Below are positions 37,808 through 48,556 of a stretch of DNA of 64,000 bases, in pieces. A program made the translations under genes and the position numbers. The notes under the pieces are model-generated. The model was given only the letters and a program-made list of their open reading frames with translations, ran no database searches and was not told the origin of the DNA. Source of the DNA: an uncultured Akkermansia sp. (GTDB lineage Bacteria > Verrucomicrobiota > Verrucomicrobiia > Verrucomicrobiales > DEV007); NCBI GenBank assembly GCA_964507205.1, contig CAZDPC010000001.1, positions 5,110-69,109 on the forward strand, written 5' to 3'. Position 1 is the first letter of the stretch. Every line of letters begins with the position of its first letter.

Positions 37808-38956
37808 TCAATTTCGCGCTGAAAACCGGGCCACCAGCGAGTTGTATCCATTGACCCGACTGTACTTTGCCTCGTGCTCGATCATGGCTTCGGAACTGAG
37901 CACCTCGATCTTCTCCACGCGCTCTGAAAGCGCCGACAGCAGCGTCCGAATGACAAGACGGGCATGGGGCGCACCGAGACAGAGATGCGTTCCAAACCCG
38001 AACGAGAGGTGCGGGTTGGGTTTGCGATCGAGCTGCACTTCCTCGGGATTCTCGAACACCTCTTCATCGTGATTGGCGGAGTTCCAGCAAAGAGACACTC
38101 GGCCGCCAGCGGGAACGGTCGTGCCGTGGAGATCGGTTTCCACCGGGCAGACCCGGCCGATGTGAGTCAGAGGCATGTAGACGCGGAAGAATTCCTCGGA
38201 CGCCAGTTTGATCTTCTTCTCGTCGCCTCGAAGGAATTCCAGATCACCGGGACACTTCGCAAAGTGAGCGATGATCGCGGTAATGCTGTGGATAATCGTG
38301 TCCCGACCACCGGCAAAAGTCAGGTTGCCGAATCCCATCATCTCTCCGCGAGTCAGTCGACGCCCCTGGAATTCGGCGGTTGCGAGAGCACTGAAGAGAT
38401 CTTCGCCCGGATCGGCCTCGGCTCGGTCAAATTGTGCGGCGAGATAATCTTCGAGCGCGTCGCCCTTTTTCTGACCATCCCCGACTTTGAACACATGGAT
38501 TCCCCAACTGATCCACGTTTCGGCTTCAGTTTCCGGAACATTGAGCAGGTATGTGAGCGCACGCGACTGAATCGGGAGCGCGAACTCTCCGACCGCTTCG
38601 ATCCTTTCGCGTTCGAAGGCTTCCGCCACGTACTCGTCGATCAGAGACTCAACCCTGGCAACAATCTCCGGCTCCTTCGCCCGCTGAAAAAACGGTTCGA
38701 CCAGCTTGCGGTATTCGGTGTGTTCGGGTGGATCCGTCTCGATCGGTAACTGGCGGTCCGAACGCACATCCTCCTCGGAAGGAATCGGCACTCGGAACGG
38801 CGCGTCAGAGCTGAACGTCTTCCAATCCTTCGCCGCCGTGCGCACGTCGGCATGCCGCAGGATCATCGGCACGTCCTCCCCTTGAAAGGGGCACTTCAAA
38901 ACCGGGCCCTCGCGACGGGCACCGCGGAGCGGGTCATTCGAGGGGGGCTGACTCAT
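37808..38956 (-). CDS. Cytochrome P450, resembling CYP236A-type sugar O-demethylases
   Basis: DPPEH, I-helix FAGGRDT, EEFFR (ExxR), FGFGTHLCLG heme ligand. The subfamily call is from recalled similarity only. Confidence 0.9.
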   Translation of the reverse strand: MSQPPSNDPLRGARREGPVLKCPFQGEDVPMILRHADVRTAAKDWKTFSSDAPFRVPIPSEEDVRSDRQLPIETDPPEHTEYRKLVEPFFQRAKEPEIVARVESLIDEYVAEAFERERIEAVGEFALPIQSRALTYLLNVPETEAETWISWGIHVFKVGDGQKKGDALEDYLAAQFDRAEADPGEDLFSALATAEFQGRRLTRGEMMGFGNLTFAGGRDTIIHSITAIIAHFAKCPGDLEFLRGDEKKIKLASEEFFRVYMPLTHIGRVCPVETDLHGTTVPAGGRVSLCWNSANHDEEVFENPEEVQLDRKPNPHLSFGFGTHLCLGAPHARLVIRTLLSALSERVEKIEVLSSEAMIEHEAKYSRVNGYNSLVARFSARN

Positions 38957-38997
38957 GCAGTAACACTAGCAGGATTCCGAGTCGGGAAAAGCCGCGA

Positions 38998-41799
38998 TCA
39001 ATGATCTCCTTTGCCTGTCATGAGATACGCAACCAGATCGCGGACCGCGTTCTCGTCGAGGATTCGAAACAATCCTTCCGGCATCAGCGAAATCGGCATG
39101 GTCTCCCGCGAGGCAACTTCCTTTCGATCCAGAGTCAGTGTCTCTACCGGGGTCCGAACCGTGATCGATCGATCGTTCTGCTCGGGAATCACCCCGGAGA
39201 CGACACGTCCATCCTTCAGTGAAAAAACCGTGAGCCGATAATCGGCGGGAACGACATCGTTGGGATTGATGATATTCCCGAGCAGGTAGTCGAGATTGTG
39301 CCGGTCGCTGCCAGTAAGATCGGGGCCGAATTCCCCACCCTCTCCGTAGAGCTTGTGACAGGCTCCGCAATGGGTGGAAAAGACGGCCTTCCCCCTGCCC
39401 GGATCGGCATTTTTGATCACTTCGTCGGTAAGAAGCGTCTTCCACTTCTCAATCTCCCGTTTCTTCTCCTCGGGCGTCTCGCGGATTTCGCCCCAGAGTT
39501 CGCGCAGGCGATTCGAGAGAGATTCGTCTCCGAGACTTTGAATCTGCCGAGCCTGGAACGGACTGATAGCCTCCCGCGGGATGGTCCCATTCGAAACCGC
39601 TTCGAGCAGATCGTCGGCATAAACGCGACGGGAGACGAGAGTGTCGATCGCAATTTCGCGACTGGTGGTATTGCGCTTCCAGAACTGGATAACCAGGGGC
39701 GCGATACCCGGTTCATCATAGTTGGCGAGACCCCTTACAGCCTCTTCGAAGAGCACTTTGTCCGTGATCCATTTCTTCAAGTGGGGAAGAAGCTCTTGGT
39801 CCGGCTGACGCAAGAGTGCCGAGAGCGCGGACCGTCGAGCAGCGGCGGCGGCTTCCGCGTCCTGGGCGATCTCCAGCAATTCCTCACGGGCCCGGCCATC
39901 GCCGAACAGGATGGAGAGGTCACGGACGATTTCCGTCGTTTCTTCCATCCCGTCGTGCTCAACCGCTGCGACAAATTCCTCCCACCCATTCGGCGCGGAT
40001 GCCTGGTTCCAGCCTTCCAACGCAGCGGCGACTCCCTTCAGAACGACGGAACGCAAATCCGCATCCGCCTTCGTTGCCGAACTCAATAGCGATTCAATCG
40101 ATCCGGGCGATTCTTCGAGGCCTTCCGCCAGCCTTCGCGCAATCAGCCGGGTCACTCTCGGCAGTCGCGAATCATTCGCCAGCGCGACAGCTTTGTCGGG
40201 AAATTCCGGAACGGCTTCCGAGAGGCCATACCAGATCATCAATGACTGCTGACGGTCATCCGCGTCCGTGGAAACCCGGGTAAGAATCCTCGCCAACGGA
40301 AAACGCTGCTCGAGCGGGAGACGCTGCAGCGCTGCCGCAAGCTCGAGCCGAACGAGCCCCGGAGGATCAGTGGACGCGATTGTATTGAGGGTTTTCCAAG
40401 TCCGCGGATCCTCCGGAGCCGATTCAGCCAGACGACGAACGCCGATCGCTCTCCTGGCCTCCTCCTCGGACTCCAGAAGAGATTGAATCTGAGTCCTCTC
40501 ACTCAACCATTGAGGTCGCTCGAGATTCGGCTCACCTCGATTCGCTTCCCCGTAGACGACGCGATAGATCCGACCGCTTGTGCGATGAATCCCGTCGTTG
40601 TCGTGACACTCGCCAGTGTCGGACCAATCGTTGATCCACATCTGACCGTCCGGTCCGGCCAGTAGATCGAGACCGCGGAACCACGGATCTTCCATCAACA
40701 GGAAATCCTCGCCGTGGTGCGCCACGTAGCCGACGCCCTGCCGCTCTAGAATGTCCATATTGACGCGACGACCGTGGAGGTTGCAGGTGAAAAGTTTGCC
40801 TCGGTATTTCTCGGGCCAGATACCTGCGTTGTAGATGAGGCAGCCCATGTGGGCGTGTCCTCCGCCAAGCGCCGAAGTCGATCCTGTGACACCTTTTCGA
40901 ATATCGTTCCACGCTTCCGCTCCGGTATCCCAGTGATAGTGGTCCGCGGTGTGCTCGATGGTCTCGTAGACATGCCGATTCAAATGCGCTCCGAACATCC
41001 GCTCGTAGTAGGCACCAGGGATCGCATGCCAGAGGTGCCCGATCACCGTGTTCGTGTAGAAGAGTTGACCGTCCGAATTCCAATCGTGCCCCCACGGATT
41101 GGTACCTCCGTCGCAAAAGACTTCGAACGTTTTTTCCTCGGGATGATAGCGCCAGATTGAGCAATTGAGCGTGACACGCTCCCCCTCCGTGGTGCCGGGT
41201 GCACCGACCAACGACGTCGAAGTGATCCCATGCCGCCCGTAGAGCCAGCCATCCGGCCCCCACTTGAGGCCGTTGACGACGTTGTGCCCGATATTCTCCG
41301 CGTCGAATCCGTTGAGCACGACGACGGGATCGTCGTCGGGAACAAGATCGTTGTCCGCATCCGGAATGAAAAGCAACTGCGGCGCACAGAGCGCCCAGAC
41401 GCCTCCCTTTCCCCACGCCACGCTGGTGAGGCGTGTTCCTTCGCTCCAGAAAACGTTGCGCTTGTCAGGCTTTCCGTCGCGATTCGAATCCTCAAACACG
41501 ACGATCCGGTCCCTCAGTTCCATGTCCCAGCGTAACGGACGTTCAGCGAAGGTGTAGCACTCCGCGACCCACAACCGCCCGCCGTCGTCGAAGCACATCG
41601 CGATCGGCTGCCGGACCTCCGGTTCGGACGCAAACACCTCGACACGGAAGCCGTCCGGAAGCGTCGCCGTTCTCGCCGCTTCGGGAGCAGGCATCGGAGC
41701 AGAGCCCTCCGCTTCGGTGTTGTAGATTTGAGGAAAATCTTGCGCAGTTGAGTGGTAGGCAAGCAAACCGGCGAAGGTAAATACTGCAAATCGGGTCAT
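38998..41799 (-). CDS. PVC-type heme-binding CxxCH protein
   Basis: Signal peptide; LPDGFRVEVFASEP, GLKWGPDGWLYG, GGGHAH, HEAT repeats, CGACH..GPDLTG, ISLMPEG. Confidence 0.9.
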   Translation of the reverse strand: MTRFAVFTFAGLLAYHSTAQDFPQIYNTEAEGSAPMPAPEAARTATLPDGFRVEVFASEPEVRQPIAMCFDDGGRLWVAECYTFAERPLRWDMELRDRIVVFEDSNRDGKPDKRNVFWSEGTRLTSVAWGKGGVWALCAPQLLFIPDADNDLVPDDDPVVVLNGFDAENIGHNVVNGLKWGPDGWLYGRHGITSTSLVGAPGTTEGERVTLNCSIWRYHPEEKTFEVFCDGGTNPWGHDWNSDGQLFYTNTVIGHLWHAIPGAYYERMFGAHLNRHVYETIEHTADHYHWDTGAEAWNDIRKGVTGSTSALGGGHAHMGCLIYNAGIWPEKYRGKLFTCNLHGRRVNMDILERQGVGYVAHHGEDFLLMEDPWFRGLDLLAGPDGQMWINDWSDTGECHDNDGIHRTSGRIYRVVYGEANRGEPNLERPQWLSERTQIQSLLESEEEARRAIGVRRLAESAPEDPRTWKTLNTIASTDPPGLVRLELAAALQRLPLEQRFPLARILTRVSTDADDRQQSLMIWYGLSEAVPEFPDKAVALANDSRLPRVTRLIARRLAEGLEESPGSIESLLSSATKADADLRSVVLKGVAAALEGWNQASAPNGWEEFVAAVEHDGMEETTEIVRDLSILFGDGRAREELLEIAQDAEAAAAARRSALSALLRQPDQELLPHLKKWITDKVLFEEAVRGLANYDEPGIAPLVIQFWKRNTTSREIAIDTLVSRRVYADDLLEAVSNGTIPREAISPFQARQIQSLGDESLSNRLRELWGEIRETPEEKKREIEKWKTLLTDEVIKNADPGRGKAVFSTHCGACHKLYGEGGEFGPDLTGSDRHNLDYLLGNIINPNDVVPADYRLTVFSLKDGRVVSGVIPEQNDRSITVRTPVETLTLDRKEVASRETMPISLMPEGLFRILDENAVRDLVAYLMTGKGDH

Positions 41800-41937
41800 C
41801 GTTATCGTGGGCGAGGATGGAGTGCAGAACCTTTCGCGTCAATTCTGCAACGTGCCCGAATGATGTCCTTCGCTCTGGCCGGGAACGAGACTCGAAGGGA
41901 GTTGAATCCACGCCGCATTTTTGACTAGGCTCTCCGG

Positions 41938-42663
41938 ATGAAAACATTTGTCGCTTTCGTTATCGCTGCCGGTATTTGCGCCGCCCATGCCGAACCGGTC
42001 GAAGATCCCGAATTCGTCGATCTCTTCAATGGCAAGGATCTGACTGGCTGGGTCGACGTGAACACCTCACCGGAGACTTGGTCCGTCCGCGACGGCATGT
42101 TGATCTGCTCGGGGCGACCGCTGGGTGTGATGAGATCCGACCGGCAATACGAGAATTTCATACTCATCGTCGAATGGCGACATATGGAGGCGGGCGGCAA
42201 CTCTGGCGTCTTCCTCTGGAGCGATGCCATCGCCGACCGGGAGGATCCGTTACCGAACGGAATGGAAGTGCAGATGCTGGAACTCGACTGGCCGAAGCTG
42301 AACCGGCTCAAGGACGGTTCACTTCCACCGATCGCCTATGTTCACGGAGAACTGTTCGGTGCCGGAAGCTTGACCGGCATCCCCGACAACCCACGTGGCA
42401 AGCGAAGCAAATCGGTCGAGAATCGCTGTAGGCCTCGTGGCGAATGGAATCGCTACGTCGTCGTCGCGGTCGATGGAACGGTGAAACTGTCCGTGAACGG
42501 AAAATTTGTCAACGGCATCCGCGAATCATCGGTAAGGAAGGGCTACCTCTGTCTGGAATCGGAGGGCGGCGAGATTCACTTCCGAAAGATCAAGCTGATG
42601 GAACTGCCGGGGGGAATGGCGGACGAAACGAACACCGCCCCACTGATCGAGAATCCCGAGTGA
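41938..42663 (+). CDS. DUF1080 (3-keto-disaccharide hydrolase family) protein
   Basis: Signal peptide; [37 protein letters not shown]. Confidence 0.9.
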   Translation: MKTFVAFVIAAGICAAHAEPVEDPEFVDLFNGKDLTGWVDVNTSPETWSVRDGMLICSGRPLGVMRSDRQYENFILIVEWRHMEAGGNSGVFLWSDAIADREDPLPNGMEVQMLELDWPKLNRLKDGSLPPIAYVHGELFGAGSLTGIPDNPRGKRSKSVENRCRPRGEWNRYVVVAVDGTVKLSVNGKFVNGIRESSVRKGYLCLESEGGEIHFRKIKLMELPGGMADETNTAPLIENPE

Positions 42664-42670
42664 CACTCCA

Positions 42671-44824
42671 TCAATCGAGTGATCGAACCCGGATGTTCCT
42701 CCAGTAAACCCGCTCGCCCGCCTGCCAGCGCTTGCCTCCGTGGACCTGCAACCCGATCGAACCGGACGGCTCGACGACATCCCTTGCCTTCTGTCGATCG
42801 AACTGCGGATGCTTCGTCTTGAATGCATCGAATCGGCAGACCCTCAATCCATTGATCCAAGTCTCGATAATCGGAAGTTCGCGGCCGGTGCAGCGGATCT
42901 TGAGCCGATTCCAATCGTCGGGTCGCCATGCGGCCAGCCATTCTTCCTCGGTGCAGGTGTAGGAGTAGACTCCCTCGGGCCAATCTTTCGTCCGAGAGTC
43001 GACCGCCATCTCGAGAGCAGGTTTCTCAGAATCAATCCGGGAAAAACCGAAGGGACGAAACGGAACGCTGTAGGACTTTGTTTCGAGACGGATGTGCCCA
43101 ACGTTCCCATGGTCATGATGGTCGACGTAGATTTGCCAGCCGCCTCCGCGTTCGTCGGTCCTTACAAAGACGCCGCTGTCGGGCCCCCAGTCAGGCCGCA
43201 GCTCCAACTCGACTTCGAAGTTCCTGAATTTTTCGTCGCTGAGCAAGAGACCGCCATTGCCCGAGCCGGGCGGGTCCTGTTCGCCGAATAGAACCCCCTC
43301 CTCGTCGACGCCCCAGTTTCCACCCGTGCCGTGTTGGCCGCGTTCCTTCTGGCGATGCCAACCGGAGAGATCCTCGCCGTTGAAAAGCGAGCGCCAATTT
43401 TTCTTGCCGCCGCCCTCCTCGACATACGCCGGATCACCCCCGTCGGCAGGGACGGACTGGTTCCATTCGAAAACTGCCTTCTCGAGTTTTGCGACAATGT
43501 CAGGTTTTTCCTGCGCAAGATTATCGCTTTCGTAGACATCGCTGTCCAGGTCGTAGAGCTGGGGATCGCTGCCGTCGTAGTTCACGAGGAACTTCCATTG
43601 CCCGTGGCGGACGGCGAGATCCGGCGCATCGCCCATGCCCCACTTCGGGTCGTTCCCGGGGCGGTCGGGGGGACGTCGGAAAAAGATCGGAGCTTCACGG
43701 CCGCTTTTCGATCTTCCCAGCATTGTGTCGATCACGTTCTCCCCGTCGAGTTCCGTGCCGTCGGGCACCTGGGTGTTCGTCAGGGCGTAGAGAGAACGGT
43801 TCACGTCGATCGCGGAGAAAATCGATTCATCGTTCGTGGTTCCCGATGCATCCTCGGCGATCATGCCCGGCCCCCACACGATCAGGGGCGAGCGGACTCC
43901 ACCTTCGTAGAGCCAGGTTTTCGATCCGCGCATGGGGGCGGACGATCCGGCTCCCACCTGCGGACCATTGTCGGAGCAGAAGACGATCAGGGTATTCGCC
44001 CGCAGTTTCTCATCCTCACGGATTCGATCGAAAAGAGGAGCCAGTTGCTCGTCCATCGCGTCGAGCACACCGTCGTAAAGACCCCTCATGTCGTCGCCCC
44101 ATTTTTCGAGTGGGGGGAAGAGCGGAGTATGGACGTCATCGGGCCACACGTTGACGAAGAACGGCTTCTCGTCGCTCTCAGCCTTGTCGATGAACTCGAG
44201 CGCCGCATCGACGAATCCACCGGTGATCTCCGACCTCTGCATCCAGGTGACCGGCTCGCCGAGGATCATCGCCCTTTCCCAGAGGCGCCCCGGCTTGTCG
44301 GAATCCGGTGTCATCGTGAGCGGAAGAAGCTTCGCTCCCATTCCTTCGAAGTTTGTCAGGCTTTTATCGAAGCCGTATTCGGAGATCTCCGGTGCATCGT
44401 TCACGTCGCGCTGCCCGCCCATGTGCCATTTCCCGAAATGCCCGGTCGCATACCCGGCCTTCTGCAATTCGCGGGCGAGCACAGGTGCCGCCGGATCGAG
44501 CCACTGCGCCATGCCGCGCTCGCGATTGTTCTCCCGGTTGTTGAGATATGAGGTGATCCTCCACCGTTGCGGATACTGTCCCGTCGTGAGCGCCACGCGC
44601 GACGGCGAACAGATCGGCGAGTTCACATAGAAATTGGTGAACTTGATCCCCTCCGCCGCAAGACGATCGATGTGCTCTGTCTGGACACGTTCGCCGCCGA
44701 AGCAGGACAAGTCGGAGTAACCCATGTCGTCGATGAAAACGATGACTATGTTAGGAGAATCCGCAGCCAGAAGGGAGAGTGGCCCGGCAGCGACAGCTAG
44801 AATGAAGGCGAGAGCAATACGCAT
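42671..44824 (-). CDS. Sulfatase fused to C-terminal DUF1080 domain
   Basis: DDMGYSD, CSPSR, GKWH, SDNG; then LFNGEDLSGW, DSGVFVR, IGLQVH, WRNIRV. Start reassigned to MRIALAF. Confidence 0.88.
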   Translation of the reverse strand: MRIALAFILAVAAGPLSLLAADSPNIVIVFIDDMGYSDLSCFGGERVQTEHIDRLAAEGIKFTNFYVNSPICSPSRVALTTGQYPQRWRITSYLNNRENNRERGMAQWLDPAAPVLARELQKAGYATGHFGKWHMGGQRDVNDAPEISEYGFDKSLTNFEGMGAKLLPLTMTPDSDKPGRLWERAMILGEPVTWMQRSEITGGFVDAALEFIDKAESDEKPFFVNVWPDDVHTPLFPPLEKWGDDMRGLYDGVLDAMDEQLAPLFDRIREDEKLRANTLIVFCSDNGPQVGAGSSAPMRGSKTWLYEGGVRSPLIVWGPGMIAEDASGTTNDESIFSAIDVNRSLYALTNTQVPDGTELDGENVIDTMLGRSKSGREAPIFFRRPPDRPGNDPKWGMGDAPDLAVRHGQWKFLVNYDGSDPQLYDLDSDVYESDNLAQEKPDIVAKLEKAVFEWNQSVPADGGDPAYVEEGGGKKNWRSLFNGEDLSGWHRQKERGQHGTGGNWGVDEEGVLFGEQDPPGSGNGGLLLSDEKFRNFEVELELRPDWGPDSGVFVRTDERGGGWQIYVDHHDHGNVGHIRLETKSYSVPFRPFGFSRIDSEKPALEMAVDSRTKDWPEGVYSYTCTEEEWLAAWRPDDWNRLKIRCTGRELPIIETWINGLRVCRFDAFKTKHPQFDRQKARDVVEPSGSIGLQVHGGKRWQAGERVYWRNIRVRSLD

Positions 44825-44875
44825 GACCCGATCGTATCCAGTGGTTCTCCCGCCAGACAACTACGGATTCAGAGA

Positions 44876-45574
44876 TCAGTCCGATTTCTTGATCGCGGAG
44901 TCGAGCAACTCCGCGTAGAGAAATGCCAGACGCTTGAATTCCGGGTCCGACTCGGTTTTCTCCGAAGCCTCCGGTCCGGTGATCTCGAACGCGCCGACCA
45001 ACGCCGTCGCTCCGGACTCCATCAGGATCTTCGATGTGATCTTCTTGCGAAAAAATCGGGTCACGGTGAGCTCTCGGGACTTTTCCGACTTCCCGAGCGG
45101 GATCATGATCTCCTCGGAAACCGGCGGAGAAGTGTGATGCTCGAGCGCGAAGTTCACCTCGAGCTTTTTGCCATCGCTCGTAAGATTCGGATCGACTTCG
45201 AAGGTGGTTCCTGCAGACTGCTCGACGAATTTCGGGACCAATTCCTTCGCTTCCTCGTTCCACTCGAAAGTCTCGATCACGAGAACATCTTCCGTGTCCT
45301 CGAATTTTGCACGCGATCCGATCGGTGAAGTCAGCAGGACGGAAGCGACGAATTTCGCTTCGCCCTTCTTCACGCTCGCATTGATCTCCTCGACGACTCC
45401 TGACTGATCGGGAGAAAGCGAAACGCCCTGCTGAATCTCGAGCGCGTCGGCAACCGGCAAGTCGTAGAGATCGACCCGGATATGCATCTGCTGTTGTGGT
45501 TTGGAGTCCTGCGCCGCGAGCGCGACCGTGAAGAAACCGGTAAGGATTGCTAGCAAGAGGGGATTTTTTTGCAT
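44876..45574 (-). CDS. Small secreted protein resembling an isolated secretin beta-domain
   Basis: Signal peptide; AGTTFEVDPNLTSDGKKLEVNF and RKKITSKILMESGATALVG resemble secretin-domain strands. Confidence 0.5.
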   Translation of the reverse strand: MQKNPLLLAILTGFFTVALAAQDSKPQQQMHIRVDLYDLPVADALEIQQGVSLSPDQSGVVEEINASVKKGEAKFVASVLLTSPIGSRAKFEDTEDVLVIETFEWNEEAKELVPKFVEQSAGTTFEVDPNLTSDGKKLEVNFALEHHTSPPVSEEIMIPLGKSEKSRELTVTRFFRKKITSKILMESGATALVGAFEITGPEASEKTESDPEFKRLAFLYAELLDSAIKKSD

Positions 45575-45667
45575 ACATCAACCGTAACACACCACGCAAG
45601 CGGAGCCGGATTCTCAACCACGCCGACAGGGAAACTCGTATCGAGAGAAGCCGAAGTCGCCTTCTCC

Positions 45668-48334
45668 ATGTCGATTGAACTACCCGAACATCCTCATTCC
45701 AGAGAAATCACCCAGGTCCTCGCAGCGCTCGAAACGGACATGGATTCCGGTCTATCGTCGGAAGAAGCCGAGAGCCGTCTCGAGAAGTTCGGGCGAAACG
45801 AACTGGAGGAGGAGAAGCCGATCTCCATATGGCGTCTCATCGTCGACCAGTTCCGGACAATGGTCGTCTACATCCTCGGAGGGGCGATGGTTCTCGCTTT
45901 CGCGACCGGTCGCTTCCCGGAGGGCTGGGCTTTGCTCGCGGTCATTGCAGTGAATGCATTGATCGGCTTCATCTCCGAATGGCGTGCCCGCCAGAGCATG
46001 GCCGCGCTCAAGGCGATGGGCAAGCCTCATGCTCGCGTGCTCCGCGACGGGGATGAAAGGGAGATAGCGATCGAAACCGTCGTTCCGGGAGATATTCTGA
46101 TCATTCATCCCGAGGACATCATCGCAGCCGACGCCCGCATTGCTCAAACCGACGGCCTGCGCATCAGCGAAGCCGCTCTCACCGGCGAGTCGGTCGCGGT
46201 GACCAAGTCCATCGATGTCCAGGACGAGGAAAGCCCGCTGGCCGAACGGCTCAACATGATTTTCAAGGGAACCACGGTCGAAGAAGGTCATGGCAAAGCG
46301 GTCATTACAGCCACCGGAACATCGACGGAACTGGGTAACATCAGCGAACTTGCCTCGAGCGAGAGTTCCGGCGAAGCGCCGCTCCAGCAGAATCTGGACA
46401 AACTCGGAGCACGACTCGCCTATTTGTCGCTCGGTTTGGCCGTCGTCATCGGCGTGATCGGATTGATCGCCGGCCGCGACATGGTCGAAATGGTCGAAAC
46501 CGCGCTCGCCCTGGGCGTCGCCATGATTCCGGAAGGCCTCCCTATTGTCGCGACGATCGCACTCGCCCGCGGAATGTGGCTTCTGGCGAAGCGGCAAGCC
46601 ATCGTCAACCGCCTCACCGCCGTACAAACTCTCGGAGCGACCCAGGTCATCTGCACGGATAAAACCGGAACACTCACCCACAACCGAATGGTGATGCGCC
46701 GCGTCATCACCCCGTCCGGGAATGTCTCACTGAAAGATGAATCCTTCGAAGCCGAAGACGGTGACGATAATCTGCCGACCCATGCCATCCGCCTGGGCAT
46801 GCTTTGCAACAACGCAGTCATTCACGGAGAGGACAACGACGACTTCCGCGGCGATCCCACCGAGGTCGCGCTTCTCCGCGCCGGGCACGTGCTCGGCTGG
46901 ACCCGGGAGAAACTTCTCGAGGACTATCCGGAGATTCGCGAGGTCGACTTCGACCCCGACGTCATGATGATGGCGACCTACCACGAGCGAGAGGAAAAGG
47001 GAACCGTTCTAGTCGCGGTGAAAGGCGCGCCCGACCGGGTCTTGGAATCGTGCACTCACCTCGCCACCGAAGACGATGAATCGAACGACCTTTCCGATCG
47101 GGAGCGCGACGAGTGGAAAGAAAAGGGCGAGAAACTTGCCGCCGACGGTTTACGAATTCTCGCGGTGGCCGACAAGGCCATCGACGATGAGGACGCCGAA
47201 CCCTACGACAGTCTCCGCTTCGTCGGCTTTCTCGCGCTCGATGATCCACCGAGAAGTGACGTACGCGAGGCGATCGAAGCCTGCCACCACGCCGGCATCG
47301 ACGTGGTCATGGTGACCGGCGACCAACGAGCCACTGCCAGCGCCATCGGGAAGGAAACCGCCATTGTCAGAGACGAGAACGAAGAATCCCGCGAGGGATA
47401 CGAGTTGCAGGACATCCCCAACGATGACGACGAGAAGGCGCAACTCAAGCAGTCGCACGTCTACGCCCGCGTCAGTCCCGAGCAGAAGCTCAATCTCGTC
47501 AGACTCCTTCAGGAAGACGGCAAGGTCGTGGCAATGACCGGCGACGGCGTCAACGACACGCCCGCCCTCAAGCGCGCCGACATCGGGATTGCGATGGGCG
47601 AACGCGGCACTGACGCAGCCAAGCAAGCCTCTGACATGGTACTGAAAAACGACGATTTCGGCACCATTCTCGCCGCGATCGAGCAGGGCCGGATCATTTT
47701 CGGCAACATCCGCAAGAGTGTCATCTTCATGCTCTGCACCAACCTCGCCGAGATCATCGCCATCGGGATCGCCGCCGCCATCAATTCTCCCCTGCCTCTT
47801 CTCCCGCTCCAGATTCTCTACCTCAACGTCCTCACCGATGTCTTCCCCGCCCTCGCTCTCGGCGTCGGCCGGGGCAACCGAAGTGTCCTCGACGAGAAGC
47901 CTCGGCCGAAGGATGAAGGCATCCTGACAAAGCGCGAATGGACGACGATCGGTTTCTGGGGAACCCTGCTCGGTGTCTGCGTCCTCGCTGCGCTTTTCCT
48001 CGCACTGGAAACGGCGGGCCTCGAGAGAAACGCCGCCATCACCGTGTCGTTCCTCACCTTGGGCTTCGCCAAACTGCTGTTCGTCTTCAACCTTCGCGAA
48101 CCGAAGAGCAGCCTATTCCGCAACGCGATCTTCGAAAACAAATGGCTCTGGGGAGCTTGGATCCTATGCGCCGGATTGCTTGCCGCCGCCGTCTACGTTC
48201 CCTTCCTCAACAAGCTGCTCAAGACCGAGATGCCCACCGCGACCGGATGGCTCATCGTCGGCGGTCTCAGCCTCGTGCCGGTCGTTCTCGGCCAGATTTG
48301 GCTTGTCGTTCGTAACCACCGGAACAGAGAGTAA
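45668..48334 (+). CDS. P-type cation-transporting ATPase (type IIA, probably Ca2+)
   Basis: LTGES, IPEGLP, DKTGTLT, KGAP, MVTGD, GDGVND, M5 NLAE, M6 NVLTD. Confidence 0.93.
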   Translation: MSIELPEHPHSREITQVLAALETDMDSGLSSEEAESRLEKFGRNELEEEKPISIWRLIVDQFRTMVVYILGGAMVLAFATGRFPEGWALLAVIAVNALIGFISEWRARQSMAALKAMGKPHARVLRDGDEREIAIETVVPGDILIIHPEDIIAADARIAQTDGLRISEAALTGESVAVTKSIDVQDEESPLAERLNMIFKGTTVEEGHGKAVITATGTSTELGNISELASSESSGEAPLQQNLDKLGARLAYLSLGLAVVIGVIGLIAGRDMVEMVETALALGVAMIPEGLPIVATIALARGMWLLAKRQAIVNRLTAVQTLGATQVICTDKTGTLTHNRMVMRRVITPSGNVSLKDESFEAEDGDDNLPTHAIRLGMLCNNAVIHGEDNDDFRGDPTEVALLRAGHVLGWTREKLLEDYPEIREVDFDPDVMMMATYHEREEKGTVLVAVKGAPDRVLESCTHLATEDDESNDLSDRERDEWKEKGEKLAADGLRILAVADKAIDDEDAEPYDSLRFVGFLALDDPPRSDVREAIEACHHAGIDVVMVTGDQRATASAIGKETAIVRDENEESREGYELQDIPNDDDEKAQLKQSHVYARVSPEQKLNLVRLLQEDGKVVAMTGDGVNDTPALKRADIGIAMGERGTDAAKQASDMVLKNDDFGTILAAIEQGRIIFGNIRKSVIFMLCTNLAEIIAIGIAAAINSPLPLLPLQILYLNVLTDVFPALALGVGRGNRSVLDEKPRPKDEGILTKREWTTIGFWGTLLGVCVLAALFLALETAGLERNAAITVSFLTLGFAKLLFVFNLREPKSSLFRNAIFENKWLWGAWILCAGLLAAAVYVPFLNKLLKTEMPTATGWLIVGGLSLVPVVLGQIWLVVRNHRNRE

Positions 48335-48339
48335 CAATC

Positions 48340-48555
48340 ATGTCAGAAGAATCCAGCGTATACAAACTCGTCGAACTTACCGGAACCTCGAACAAGTCGG
48401 TCGAAGATGCCATCCAGACCGCGATCGCCCGTGCCTCCAAGACCGTCCGCCATCTCGGATGGTTCGAAGTCGTCGAAACCCGCGGCCGAATCGAGGACGG
48501 AAAAGTTCACGAATTCCAGGTGACTCTGAAAGTCGGCTTCACGCTCGACGAGTAG
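48340..48555 (+). CDS. Dodecin (flavin-binding)
   Basis: [11 protein letters not shown]...[28 protein letters not shown]. Confidence 0.93.
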   Translation: MSEESSVYKLVELTGTSNKSVEDAIQTAIARASKTVRHLGWFEVVETRGRIEDGKVHEFQVTLKVGFTLDE

Positions 48556-48556
48556 T

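Noticed and set aside
37345-37854. Short ORFs in the intergenic gap
   Set aside because: No motifs or signal peptides, mutually overlapping, and the composition looks non-coding.
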